A stretch of DNA of 48,307 nt from a virus, in the IMG/VR virus record IMGVR_UViG_3300009506_000099, positions 1 to 48,307 of that record. One strand, written 5' to 3'. The notes below the pieces were generated by a model. The model saw only the letters and a list, made by a program, of their open reading frames with translations, did no database searches and was not told the origin of the DNA. Both the position numbers and the translations under genes were made by a program. This document shows, one piece after another, positions 1 through 9,788 of the stretch. Each line of letters begins with the position of its first letter. The stretch's first letter is position 1.

Positions 1-144
1 ACTGCGCCATCGACCAAGAGTGATACCTCTGGAGGTGGTACTCTCCTTTGTGTATCGAACTTCGCATCATCGAAGCCTCTCGTGGATAACGATACGCTTC
101 AGGTGACCTACACCAACACCACTCAGGATGATGGTGCTTAATCA
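1..144. repeat. Terminal overlap, copy A (identical to 48164..48307)
   Basis: Direct comparison: the first 144 nt repeat the last 144 nt exactly. This indicates a circular assembly overlap or a short direct terminal repeat. Confidence 0.9.
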
Positions 145-194
145 ATAGTTTGGGAAGGAAGGCTGTAGACTTCCCTTTTCCAAAGGAGATTGAA

Positions 195-443
195 ATGGGT
201 TTCGGGGCGAAAGTAGTCAGGAAGAACCTTACTGGAATTGATAGGCAGATTGAGGCGGCTCGTCATTCTATGCGCTCAGCCCAGTGGGGAGTAGATACGG
301 CGAGGAAAGCTGTGAATGATCAGATGAAGAATCTAAACATTGCTATAGAGACTCGTGATATGGTGAAGGCGAATCTCGAGTTTCTCCTAGAACAAAAGAG
401 GAAGGCCGAGGAAGAGAAGGAAAAAGAAGAGGAGATCAACTAA
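195..443 (+). CDS. Small coiled-coil-like virion-module protein (82 aa)
   Basis: The track ORF is 150..443 with a TTG start. An in-frame ATG at 195 has AAGGAG 7 nt upstream. The C-terminus is Lys/Glu-rich and the stop abuts the next gene's GTG. Confidence 0.5.
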   Translation: MGFGAKVVRKNLTGIDRQIEAARHSMRSAQWGVDTARKAVNDQMKNLNIAIETRDMVKANLEFLLEQKRKAEEEKEKEEEIN

Positions 444-1394
444 GTGGGACAGGTCGTCACTACTTATAGGCATCATATAGCCCCCCATAATCCTCCTGGA
501 GGTTCTACGGAGTATGGGGTGTTAAGTGATGGTATTAAGTGGGGAGATTACGTTGTTCCTAGTAATGATGCTCTATATTTCGATGACTGGGAGACACGAG
601 ATCTCTCATATGATGGAGGGGATGGTACCTTTCATTGGCATGGACTTAATCGAACCTCTCTAGTTATAGGAGATGGAGCTAATGATTGTTATGTAGTGTA
701 TAATGGTTCCCCTGTGATGCTTGGTCCTTATTCTGGGAAAGAATGGGAGAATGGACCAGGTACGGGGACCTGCGCTATGCGGTTCCGCTACCCTGCCAAT
801 GACAATCAGTCCGAACAGCGGTGGCACTTTGATGGAGGTTTATCAGAACTCTGGTTCGGATATTGGTGGAAGGTGCCCATCAACTTCTATCACGGCACCG
901 TGGGTAGTGGCTCCAATCAGAAACTTAATGCTCTCTGGATGGATGAATATGAGTTTCAAGGAGATGGTGTAGGGCCGACTTGGACTTGCCAGTTTCGACG
1001 TGCCGATACAAACGGCAGTAGTCGTTTATCTTGTTATCATATTAGTTCTGATCCAGGAGCGTCTAGTGGTGAAACTGGGCAGGTTGGGGGATCAAGCAAC
1101 TTAATTACTACTCCTGATGATAGGGGTAGATGGATGTTTCTTCTCTACTACATCAAGGCCGCAACTGGAATTGGTACACTTGATGGAGTAGCCAAGATCT
1201 ATAGGATGTGGGAGGGTGGATCTTCTTTCGAGCTATTGTGGGAAGACACAGATATGGACACATATGTTCCTGCTGGCCTTAGTGGATTTCATTATGGCTA
1301 TATCATGGGGTGGAATAATACCCTCTATGCCGAAGAGACCGAGTTCCTGATGGATGACTTTACAATCTGGAACTATAATCCAGGGCTGGTCTGA
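444..1394 (+). CDS. Tail-associated protein with ConA-like jelly-roll, polysaccharide-lyase-like domain (putative depolymerase)
   Basis: 316 aa. The pattern LWFGYWWKVPINF..GSNQKLNALW..RGRWMFLLYYIK..DGVAKIYRMW..FLMDDFTIW resembles polysaccharide-lyase/glucanase jelly-roll families. The N-terminus carries one SDGIKWGD unit shared with the 995-aa repeat protein. Confidence 0.5.
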   Translation: MGQVVTTYRHHIAPHNPPGGSTEYGVLSDGIKWGDYVVPSNDALYFDDWETRDLSYDGGDGTFHWHGLNRTSLVIGDGANDCYVVYNGSPVMLGPYSGKEWENGPGTGTCAMRFRYPANDNQSEQRWHFDGGLSELWFGYWWKVPINFYHGTVGSGSNQKLNALWMDEYEFQGDGVGPTWTCQFRRADTNGSSRLSCYHISSDPGASSGETGQVGGSSNLITTPDDRGRWMFLLYYIKAATGIGTLDGVAKIYRMWEGGSSFELLWEDTDMDTYVPAGLSGFHYGYIMGWNNTLYAEETEFLMDDFTIWNYNPGLV

Positions 1395-2128
1395 TGTCTA
1401 TTAGCGTTGTCTCAACAAGTGCACCACAGACGAACGGCAACAACTGGGTTGTTGTGGATCTGGACTCCACTCCTATCCTGGAGGACGATCTCATCATCCT
1501 CTGGTTTGAGGAACCAAATGACCTCGCCATCACGGCAGACCCAACTGGGTTCACTCCGGTCTGCGACGAAATCAATACCAGTACAGGTGACGACAGACAG
1601 AATGACGTCCAGTACATGTGGGCCTCTGGTGGCGAGGAGTCGAACTCCTACCACTGGGTCCTATCCAACTCTGGCCCTCACGTCCAGGGGTCCATCGTCC
1701 TACGCGGTGTAGATAGGTCTACTCCGTTCGATGTTACCCCAGTACACGCATCACACCATCTAACTGGTCTGGATAATACCACTCCAGCTTGCGCATCAAT
1801 AGTTACTGTTACTCCTGGTGCTCTGATTATAGAACTTTCCTTCATCACTGGGGGTAATTCATCTGATGCATACTCTAGTAATGGATCGGCCACAGAGTTT
1901 GTGAACTTCCACAACCAGACAGCCAACCCGCTGTCTGGCATGAGTGTCCTGGGAACCTATTACGAGAAGGCGACGGCAGGAGCCTATACTGGATCTACTC
2001 ATACTTATGTAGATGGGGTATCTACTAACGACTATATCAATATCATCCTAGCATTCAGACCGGCTCAGGATGCAACTCCTCCTGGCGAATTGGTGACGAC
2101 GAAGTATCATGACATCGCTTATCCCTGA
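1394..2128 (+). CDS. Hypothetical virion/tail protein (244 aa)
   Basis: Long ORF whose start overlaps the upstream stop (ATGA-type junction), in the tail-gene block. No motif recognised. Confidence 0.6.
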   Translation: MSISVVSTSAPQTNGNNWVVVDLDSTPILEDDLIILWFEEPNDLAITADPTGFTPVCDEINTSTGDDRQNDVQYMWASGGEESNSYHWVLSNSGPHVQGSIVLRGVDRSTPFDVTPVHASHHLTGLDNTTPACASIVTVTPGALIIELSFITGGNSSDAYSSNGSATEFVNFHNQTANPLSGMSVLGTYYEKATAGAYTGSTHTYVDGVSTNDYINIILAFRPAQDATPPGELVTTKYHDIAYP

Positions 2129-2435
2129 CTGGACTCTGTGGTATGATGATGAAACAGTATTCACATCCTTGGATGGGGAGCCTAATGACTCGCCAAGATG
2201 GGGAGTAGTATGTGTGACTCAGCCAGGAAAGGCGAAGGATGTACTTTGGAACGAGTGGGCTTACATCTACCACGAAGATATGGAAATATGGACACAGCAT
2301 GACCTAGTAGGTTTCATAGATCAGCAGGTACACTTCTCACCAATGATTACCTGTGTACGTATTGGTAGAGATATGCTCACAGGGAGGTTCAAGGAGATCG
2401 TGGAAAGAGCTACGAAAGAGGCTAGAGGTCTCTAA
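2109..2435 (+). CDS. Hypothetical protein (108 aa)
   Basis: ORF packed between tail genes. Its stop overlaps the start of the next gene. Confidence 0.5.
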   Translation: MTSLIPDWTLWYDDETVFTSLDGEPNDSPRWGVVCVTQPGKAKDVLWNEWAYIYHEDMEIWTQHDLVGFIDQQVHFSPMITCVRIGRDMLTGRFKEIVERATKEARGL

Positions 2436-5422
2436 TGGGTAATCCGGTCACCGGCTTTCTGCATTGGCGTCTATACGCTGATGATAATGCAGATGTTGAT
2501 TCTCAGACACCAATCGGTAATGAGGACAGCGTTACTGAGGTCGTGACTAAAGGATCTAAGTACCATTTTAGGTTTAGCCAGTATAACGATAATAGTGCTG
2601 CATTCAATGGATCTTTCCAGCTTAGAGCTAGGAAGAACGGTGGCTCATGGTTCGATGTCACTAATGTATCTTCTGATATTTCTATAGCTGATGGGACACC
2701 AGATACGAGTGGCGGGGATCTAAACTGTGATACACAGATTCTGACTTCCCATCCTACGTTCTCTTGGGAGGCTGATGGTTATTATGAGGAGACCGATGGA
2801 AATACTCCATCATCTGCACACGCAAAGAGCACGTTCTGGGAGGACCAGTGGTGCATCCTAATAGGTAATGCGTTATCTGGAGGTGATTATTTCGAGTTCG
2901 ATATCACCACGGATGACGGGACTAGGGATACTCCAGGTACGTTCCCTAAGATTACGGTAGCATCTGGTGGAACGACTGAGCAAGTATCACCTTCTGATGG
3001 AATCAAATGGGGAGATCAGGTCACTGGAGAGGCTACTGTACTTGGTAGTATCTCTGATGGGTGGAAGATAGGAGATATTCTCTCTAGTAAGGCTGAAGCT
3101 AAGGTAGGATTAACTGATGGTTGGAAGTTCGGGGATATCCTTCTAGCAATCAATCAAGTCTCTCTAAGTGATGGGATTAAATGGGGTGAGGCTCTCACTG
3201 TCCTGGTTGGGGGAGTAGCTGATCTAACCGATGGATGGAAGATCGGTGAGGATATTGATACAGTTACCTATGAGCAATTCTCCGGTGACGGTATCAAGTG
3301 GGGAGATCTAGTAGATCCTCGAATAGATTTTCTTGAGTATCTAACGGATGGATGGAAGCTGGGAGACTTAAGTGAGGCTATCCTCCTCATCATTGAATCA
3401 GCTTCAGATGGTATCAAGTGGGGAGATACTGCCTCAGTATCCACCAAGTATCCTGTATCCTCAATAGATGGTATCAAGTGGGGTGATTCTCTATCCATTC
3501 AGATAGTCTATGAGACTACCCTAACGGATGGAATTAAGTGGGGTGATCTAGCTGAGGGGCAGGCTGATGAGGGAGAGAGTGTATCAGTATCCGATGGGAT
3601 ACTATGGGGAGATTCTCTCGATGTAAGTGCAACAGTTCCAGTCTCCGCATCAGACGGGATAAAGTGGGGTGACCTAGCGGAAGCTGATTCAGGGGCATTT
3701 GAATCTATATCTGATGGTATCCTATGGGGAGATCAGGTAGTTAGTGAAGCGAATGTTCCTGTATCAATAAGTGACGGTATCCTATGGGGAGATCGTCTGG
3801 CATTCCCCATAGCTGGATTAATAGATGACTTTAATGGTCCTTCTCTTGATACAAGTCTATGGTCTAAGAGTGAAGGTGGAGGAGCTACAGTAACATATAT
3901 TGGAGGAGTAATAGAGTTCTATATTACTTCTCCGGATATCGGAACTGGGGATCTTACTAGTGTATATGAGTATGATCTCAGGAATAGTTCCATATATGTA
4001 AAGTTCGATCTTACTGATTTTATATCTAGTTCCTGGGGATGGGCTATGTTCTTCCTCGGAGACTTGACTAATGGGCTTGGTGTTTATCATGGAGGTACTA
4101 CTTATAAGACATTCAGTAAGAAGAACGGTAGTGAAGCCAATCATATCATAACTCATTCCAGGTATACCTATCCTTGGTGGAGGATTAGAGAAACTGGAGG
4201 AACGGTATACTGGGATTGTGCTCAGGATAATGGAGGATCTCCTGGATCATGGGAGAATGAGTGGACTAGAGATGTAGATCTATGCTCAGTCCTATCTGGA
4301 TTGCTCGTTAACTTTAGGATATATAGAGGTAATACTCAAGCTTACAATCTTGATTTCTATATTGATGGAGTTAATACAGATGCCAACCCAATCCTCACTG
4401 ATGGTATAAAGTGGGGCGATTCGGTAGAGGCTTCCTTTGTTCTCTCTGATGGAATAATATGGGGAGATTCATTAGGAGTAAAAGTAGGATTCAAGACTGA
4501 AATAGTAGATGGATGGATATTAGGGGATCTTGCATCTGCCGGAGCGGAGTATGTATCTCTGACAGATGGGATACTCTGGGGTGAAGATATTGATACCATC
4601 ACTTATGAGAGTTTCCCAGGTGATGGAATTAAGTGGGGCGATTCGGTCTTTGCATACTCTGGAGAGAGTGCTCATCTTACAGATGGAATACTTTGGGGCG
4701 AGGATTTCGATATCACTATCATCGAGACTTTCGATGATGAGTGTATCCTCTGGGGAGATTCGGTATCTGTTCATGTAAATCTCTCTGACTCTCTCCAGGA
4801 TGGTATTAAGTGGGGGGATATCCCAACTCCAGCTATCTCTATATCAGAAGATCTGACAGATGGGATTAAGTGGGGAGATATAGTGGCTGGGGATAATTCA
4901 GTCCCAGCTTTCCTTCAAGATGGAGTGAAATGGGGAGATACTTTAACTCCTATCCAGAAGATCCAGGTATCTATATCTGATGGATTTATCTGGGGAGATC
5001 AAGTAGATGGAGAGACATCTGACTTCTTCCCAGTATCGGTGCAGGATAAGATACTTTGGGGAGACTCTATCAGTGAGGATGTTACTTATCCAGCTTCTGT
5101 GTCAGACGGTATAAAGTGGGGGGATTCCATATCTACTCAGACTGATTACCATATCAGTCAAACTGATGGGATAAGATGGGGAGATTCAGCAGTTGGATCT
5201 TTAGGTGGGGTGACTCTCGTTGGTGTAGAAGATGGTATAAAGTGGGGAGATTATTCTACTGTATTAGCGGCTGGAGGAGTCATACAAGATGATCGGTTGA
5301 ATATGGATGCTTATATGACTCAACTCTATTCCATGAGATCTTCTCTAAATAGTAGGTTGACGATGGATCCTGATGATATAGAAGGTAGAATGCACATAGA
5401 TGTAAGGATAGATAATGTCTAA
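2435..5422 (+). CDS. Tail fibre / receptor-binding protein: 29 xDGIKWGD-type repeats flanking a central LamG/ConA-like domain
   Basis: 995 aa. 14 repeats lie upstream and 15 downstream of a domain that starts DDFNGPSLDTSLWSK, a typical opening for a ConA-like lectin/glucanase fold. Confidence 0.8.
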   Translation: MGNPVTGFLHWRLYADDNADVDSQTPIGNEDSVTEVVTKGSKYHFRFSQYNDNSAAFNGSFQLRARKNGGSWFDVTNVSSDISIADGTPDTSGGDLNCDTQILTSHPTFSWEADGYYEETDGNTPSSAHAKSTFWEDQWCILIGNALSGGDYFEFDITTDDGTRDTPGTFPKITVASGGTTEQVSPSDGIKWGDQVTGEATVLGSISDGWKIGDILSSKAEAKVGLTDGWKFGDILLAINQVSLSDGIKWGEALTVLVGGVADLTDGWKIGEDIDTVTYEQFSGDGIKWGDLVDPRIDFLEYLTDGWKLGDLSEAILLIIESASDGIKWGDTASVSTKYPVSSIDGIKWGDSLSIQIVYETTLTDGIKWGDLAEGQADEGESVSVSDGILWGDSLDVSATVPVSASDGIKWGDLAEADSGAFESISDGILWGDQVVSEANVPVSISDGILWGDRLAFPIAGLIDDFNGPSLDTSLWSKSEGGGATVTYIGGVIEFYITSPDIGTGDLTSVYEYDLRNSSIYVKFDLTDFISSSWGWAMFFLGDLTNGLGVYHGGTTYKTFSKKNGSEANHIITHSRYTYPWWRIRETGGTVYWDCAQDNGGSPGSWENEWTRDVDLCSVLSGLLVNFRIYRGNTQAYNLDFYIDGVNTDANPILTDGIKWGDSVEASFVLSDGIIWGDSLGVKVGFKTEIVDGWILGDLASAGAEYVSLTDGILWGEDIDTITYESFPGDGIKWGDSVFAYSGESAHLTDGILWGEDFDITIIETFDDECILWGDSVSVHVNLSDSLQDGIKWGDIPTPAISISEDLTDGIKWGDIVAGDNSVPAFLQDGVKWGDTLTPIQKIQVSISDGFIWGDQVDGETSDFFPVSVQDKILWGDSISEDVTYPASVSDGIKWGDSISTQTDYHISQTDGIRWGDSAVGSLGGVTLVGVEDGIKWGDYSTVLAAGGVIQDDRLNMDAYMTQLYSMRSSLNSRLTMDPDDIEGRMHIDVRIDNV
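2993..3793 (+). repeat. Intragenic repeat array 1: 14 units of [STG]DG[IW][KIL][WILF]G[DE], period about 19-22 aa
   Basis: Counted in the translation (SDGIKWGD, SDGWKIGD, TDGWKFGD ... SDGILWGD). Nucleotide strings such as gatggtatcaagtgggg and ggtatcctatggggagatc recur. Confidence 0.9.
4397..5251 (+). repeat. Intragenic repeat array 2: 15 units of the same motif
   Basis: Units run from TDGIKWGDS to EDGIKWGDY. LTDGILWGEDIDTITYESFPGDGIKWGD here mirrors LTDGWKIGEDIDTVTYEQFSGDGIKWGD in array 1. Confidence 0.9.
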
Positions 5423-5717
5423 GATTCATCTGGCTCTTCCGTATAAGACTGACTCCCTGTTCAAGATTCTCCTTAGGAACAATGAGGGAGTTGTACAGAC
5501 AGGAGCTACAGGGACATATATAGTAGAGGATATTGATGGAGGGACTGTTCAGAGTGGATCTATGTCAGAGTTGTCAGCTGGGTATTATTATTTCGCTATC
5601 CCAGATGATATATCTGTTAGTCCGGGAGATATATTGACCGCTAAGGTCACTATGCTCAAGGGTGGCTATCAGTGCTATGGAGAGTATGAACTATTCGTCG
5701 AAGTCGACAGGAGGTAG
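5415..5717 (+). CDS. Hypothetical protein (100 aa)
   Basis: ORF overlaps the upstream stop by 8 nt. It sits in the virion module. Confidence 0.55.
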   Translation: MSKIHLALPYKTDSLFKILLRNNEGVVQTGATGTYIVEDIDGGTVQSGSMSELSAGYYYFAIPDDISVSPGDILTAKVTMLKGGYQCYGEYELFVEVDRR

Positions 5718-5719
5718 AG

Positions 5720-5890
5720 ATGCCAAAGCTTAGGACTGTTACTCATTCTAGTACTGCCCAAGTATTTACAGAGAGGCAGGGAGTTCCTCAGGTGAAGGAG
5801 GAGGAAAGTCTCCTCGATACGATCGAGCCCTCTATTGAAGAAATCAAGGCTGAGGAGAAGGCCGAAGAGTCTGAGACTGAAGAGAGCTAA
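5720..5890 (+). CDS. Small acidic protein (56 aa), absent from the ORF track
   Basis: ATG at 5720 with GACAGGAGG upstream. It fills the gap to the portal gene exactly and has a Glu-rich C-terminus. Confidence 0.35.
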   Translation: MPKLRTVTHSSTAQVFTERQGVPQVKEEESLLDTIEPSIEEIKAEEKAEESETEES

Positions 5891-5892
5891 GC

Positions 5893-7971
5893 ATGGAGAA
5901 AGTTCTTGAGCAAGACGAGGTAAGGGCAGAGGTTGTTGATTCTCCCTCTGATGATGGAGGAAATACAGTCTCTGATCCTATCCTTTCTTCTATCCCATCA
6001 GCTTTCTGGGATAAGATTAAGGATAACCTTGCCTTATATCTGGAGGAGGAGCTTCAAGAAGCAGAGGCTGAGAGGGGAGACTTCATTGATAATCTGGCTA
6101 GGTGGAAGGTTGTATACGCAGCTCCTAAACCAGATAGGCCCAAGAACTTTCCATTCACCAATGCTTCTAACCTAACAATCCCAGTAGTGAAGGAGACCGT
6201 TAATACCCTGGCTGCTCAGATTGCTCAGGCGACAGGGACTGTCAGGCCGAGGTGGGTATTTGATGATCTCGCCCCTGAGTGGAATCCATTCACTAATGAA
6301 CTGCAAGAGTTCCTCGACATCTCATCTGATAGGGAGCTAGGTTTTGAGGAGAAGACCACCGAGGGAGTTATTGCGAAGACGAAGTATGGTACAGCTATAT
6401 ACGAAGTCGGTCATGAGGTGGTTGAGAGGAAGTACTATCGCTACTCAAATGATGGGAAGAAAGTATATCCTAAGACGGTCATCGTCAAGGATGGGCCATC
6501 ATTGAGGTTGATACCTCTTCAGAAGTTCTGGATTCGCTTTGTAGAGGAAGGGATTCAAGAGGCTGCTTGGGTAGCGAAAGAGCTTGACTTTACTGAGCAT
6601 GAGCTTCGTATCAGAGCGGCACAAGGGGAGTTCTTCAATGTCGAAGAGATCATCAAGGGAGGAGGGCAGACCTACACTGATGAGGCTACCGAGGAAGAAG
6701 AGGCTGTTGAGGATAAGGAGCCTATCAGGAGAACATTCAAATGCTTCGAGATTTGGTTATCCTATGATGTTGATGGTCTGGGGGATCTCGAGGAGATAAA
6801 GGTCTTGTTTCACCGTGAAACGAGAAAATTCCTCTATGCTCGTTTCAATCCCTATGATCATGGGCAGAGGCCATTTGTAAAGGATGGATTCTTCCCTGTT
6901 GATGGTAGGTTCTATGATATGGGCTTGTGTGAGATGCTGGAGCAGATTCAGGATGCTATCTCCCTCAAGCATAATCATAGGAATGATAATGAGACCTTGG
7001 CCAATATGAAGATGTTCCTCAAGAGGAAATTGGTTAAAGGTCTCCAGCCAGGAGATCCCCTCTATCCTGGGAAACAGATCGAGGTTACGGATATCTGGAA
7101 TGATATCAGAGAGTTCTCCCTTAGTGAGATCTATCCTTCGACTGTTCAGGAAGAGATGCTTCTTCGCCAGGTTGCGGAACGCTTGACTGGGACGAATGAA
7201 GGAGTTGCTGGAGCTGCGATGCCAGTCACTCGAACAGGGACTGGCGCACAACTCGCACTTCTTCAAGAGCAGTCAAAGAGGATTGATATTCCTGTTAAGG
7301 CCACAAGGAGAGCCATCAATGAGATTGGTTGGTTCTCCTTGATGATGTATATGCAATTTGGCACTAATGGGAAAGCTCTTGCATGGATGGGAGAGAAAGG
7401 TAGGATTGTCGAGAGTGTCTTCTCTCTTCCAAGGAGAGTTGTAGAACTGGGTCTCGGCATAAGAGCCAATGCTCCAACATCTATGCAGAATATGCAGGTT
7501 AGGAGAGAGAATGCTATCGCTATGTTCAATCTCCTTGTCCAGATTCACGAGAAGCTAGCACCTATGGCGCAGATGTTGGCTCCTCAACAGTTAGGAGAAT
7601 TCGTTCATGCTATGGTTCGGTCGGCTAAGCACTATGCTCAGAACGTACTGGAGACGTTTGACGAGCCTGATCCGGACTCTGTGCTTGCGGGTCTTAGTGC
7701 ACTGGAGAGGCTATTACCTAGACCGGAGGATCTCGGTGGATTGGAAGCTTTCGAAAGAGGAGCTGACTCAGCTGAAGTCATTGAAGGCATCAGAAGGTTG
7801 GAAAGTCTATATGCGGAAGCTGAAGGAGCTCTCGAAGGACGCAGAAGAGTATCTGATGAGCGCAGAAACGGAGAAGGAACTCTTTCGGCGTCAAGGAGTG
7901 GTGAGAGGAATTTCGGTAATCTTGAGCTTGGAGGAGAATCTTACCTTAAGTCAAGAGTACAGCCAGGATGA
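5893..7971 (+). CDS. Portal protein
   Basis: 692 aa, lying immediately upstream of the scaffold/decoration/capsid genes. Size and position are typical of portals. No catalytic motif is expected. Confidence 0.7.
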   Translation: MEKVLEQDEVRAEVVDSPSDDGGNTVSDPILSSIPSAFWDKIKDNLALYLEEELQEAEAERGDFIDNLARWKVVYAAPKPDRPKNFPFTNASNLTIPVVKETVNTLAAQIAQATGTVRPRWVFDDLAPEWNPFTNELQEFLDISSDRELGFEEKTTEGVIAKTKYGTAIYEVGHEVVERKYYRYSNDGKKVYPKTVIVKDGPSLRLIPLQKFWIRFVEEGIQEAAWVAKELDFTEHELRIRAAQGEFFNVEEIIKGGGQTYTDEATEEEEAVEDKEPIRRTFKCFEIWLSYDVDGLGDLEEIKVLFHRETRKFLYARFNPYDHGQRPFVKDGFFPVDGRFYDMGLCEMLEQIQDAISLKHNHRNDNETLANMKMFLKRKLVKGLQPGDPLYPGKQIEVTDIWNDIREFSLSEIYPSTVQEEMLLRQVAERLTGTNEGVAGAAMPVTRTGTGAQLALLQEQSKRIDIPVKATRRAINEIGWFSLMMYMQFGTNGKALAWMGEKGRIVESVFSLPRRVVELGLGIRANAPTSMQNMQVRRENAIAMFNLLVQIHEKLAPMAQMLAPQQLGEFVHAMVRSAKHYAQNVLETFDEPDPDSVLAGLSALERLLPRPEDLGGLEAFERGADSAEVIEGIRRLESLYAEAEGALEGRRRVSDERRNGEGTLSASRSGERNFGNLELGGESYLKSRVQPG
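6807..6821. promoter_or_regulatory. parS/OB-like palindrome, perfect: GTTTCAC-C-GTGAAAC
   Basis: Read directly from the sequence. It lies inside the portal CDS, encoding LFHRET. Confidence 0.6.
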
Positions 7972-8051
7972 GATTATGGAAATGAGATTGAGGGAAATCT
8001 TCGGAGGTACCGAGGATTTGTTGAGAGTCCTACCCCAATGAGGAGGGATAT

Positions 8052-8822
8052 ATGAACTGGTGGAAAACTATGCAGAGGTTTTCCTTTCGGGAAACAGATG
8101 ATGACCCTGGTCTCGAGGAGGATCCGACTCTAGATGAGGGTGATGATCCTGCGGATGGAGGAGGTGATCCAGCTCCAGCGGTTTCAGGGATTTCGAGAGA
8201 AGCTCTCCCCGAAGAGCTCAGGAATCTTCCTGAAGCTGAAGTCAAGTTCCATCTAAATCAGATGGTGTCAGGCTTCAGGAATCAACATTCTCAGGTTGGA
8301 AAGCTGAGAGAGGAGTTGGAAGAACTAAGGAGAAGATCTTATCAAGAGGAAGCTAAGCCGAAGGAACCAGATCGTCCTCTCGAGGAAGAGATTCTGGATG
8401 ATCCAGAAAATGCTGTGATGAGGGTCCTTGAGAAGAGAGGTCTTGTCCAACGATTTAACCGGCTTGAGCAGGATGTTGGAGAGAGTGCTATATCCATGGT
8501 AGCCTCTCAGATTCCTGACTTCAAGGAGTATGAAGGGGAGGTAAGAGAAATTCTAAAGCAGACTGGTGTCCCTATGACGGTCGATGCTATTCATGGAGCT
8601 CTCCAAATGGCAATAGGAAGGAAGTATCTATCCGATGGTGGGAGGGAGAGAAGGAAACAACATAAGGTTGACTCTCCCAAACCAGAGGCTCCAAAGAAGA
8701 CTAGTAAGTATGGAGAGTTGAGTGGCCTCGAAGCTGAGATCTTTCAGTCTTCTGGAATGTCAAGAGAAGAGTGGGAGAAGAACAAGAATCCTGATTTCGA
8801 TATTGAGGTGCCTACATCATGA
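8052..8822 (+). CDS. Scaffolding protein (putative)
   Basis: 256 aa between the portal and capsid genes, with an acidic N-terminus and a charged helical, coiled-coil-like composition. Confidence 0.55.
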   Translation: MNWWKTMQRFSFRETDDDPGLEEDPTLDEGDDPADGGGDPAPAVSGISREALPEELRNLPEAEVKFHLNQMVSGFRNQHSQVGKLREELEELRRRSYQEEAKPKEPDRPLEEEILDDPENAVMRVLEKRGLVQRFNRLEQDVGESAISMVASQIPDFKEYEGEVREILKQTGVPMTVDAIHGALQMAIGRKYLSDGGRERRKQHKVDSPKPEAPKKTSKYGELSGLEAEIFQSSGMSREEWEKNKNPDFDIEVPTS

Positions 8823-9334
8823 CTGCCGCCACGAAGAAGGGTGCCAAATCTCCCTCGATCAATGTGAGAGCGAGGGGAAGGATCAATGCGGTCCTAGACC
8901 AGCTTGGTCAGCTGTATAAGGAGAAGTATCCAGACAGAGATTGTAGATGGGTGTATGCTCCTACCCACAAGCCCGAGCTTTCGAATGTGCTCGGAAGAAG
9001 GGCACAGGGGTATGTTGAGGTCAAGCTAGGAGAGCTAGAAGATGCTGGTGATCTTATGCCTGGCCTCGGTCCCGACGATGTTGTCAGAGTTGCGGACGTT
9101 GTCCTCATGTCCATTGAAGCGGAAGTAAGGGATATGTTTAAGGAGGATCTACACGAGGCCGCCAAGGAGCAGGGGGAGCGTGTAGGGAGAAAGTACTACG
9201 AAGCCCTCATGGAGGAAGAGGCTATGGGTCCTGGAGGGACTCGACACGTTGCAGTAGGACGCGGTCAGGCTTCTATCGAAGAGAGGGAATTCGAGTACGA
9301 AATTGAACAGCGAACCTCAGAAGAGGAGGGATAA
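8819..9334 (+). CDS. Head-morphogenesis-module protein (171 aa), function unknown
   Basis: Linked to both neighbours by ATGA-type overlaps. Charged C-terminus. Confidence 0.5.
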   Translation: MTAATKKGAKSPSINVRARGRINAVLDQLGQLYKEKYPDRDCRWVYAPTHKPELSNVLGRRAQGYVEVKLGELEDAGDLMPGLGPDDVVRVADVVLMSIEAEVRDMFKEDLHEAAKEQGERVGRKYYEALMEEEAMGPGGTRHVAVGRGQASIEEREFEYEIEQRTSEEEG

Positions 9335-9774
9335 TGGCTTACCTGCCAGCAATCCCCAATGAGGGTCGCATCGTCCGTAGGTATCCTCTTGCTAGTGGTG
9401 AGACCCCCCTTGAGGGAGGCGCAGTTTATCTCGTCACTGGAGAGATCACGGTATGTGGTGCAGATCCGGCTACTATTCTTGGATTTGCGGCGCACGATTA
9501 CCCTGGTGCCTTGGAGATCGACCCCTATAATGGGGATATGTTGGTGTATGTCGCTGGTCCTGACAGCACGTTCTGGATGCAGGCCTCGACTACGCCGACA
9601 GACTATTCGTATGTAGGAACGGCCTATGGAGTCGCTCATGAGGCGACTACTGAGGTCACCTACGTTGACATCACGGATACTACCAATACTTGCGTTACGG
9701 TCGAAGATGTTGACCTGACTAGAGGTTTGGTCCTGGTGTCTATCCTTGATTCCGTACGCCAACTCTTGGCCTAG
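9334..9774 (+). CDS. Head decoration-like protein (putative)
   Basis: 146 aa directly upstream of the major capsid gene, the position of lambda D relative to E. Composition is beta-rich and Gly/Val/Thr-rich. Confidence 0.4.
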   Translation: MAYLPAIPNEGRIVRRYPLASGETPLEGGAVYLVTGEITVCGADPATILGFAAHDYPGALEIDPYNGDMLVYVAGPDSTFWMQASTTPTDYSYVGTAYGVAHEATTEVTYVDITDTTNTCVTVEDVDLTRGLVLVSILDSVRQLLA

Positions 9775-9788
9775 AAAGGAGGAGTTCG

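Noticed and set aside
2435-5422. Diversity-generating retroelement target
   Set aside because: The repeats are internal protein repeats. No reverse transcriptase gene and no template/variable repeat pair with adenine-specific differences are present in the genome.
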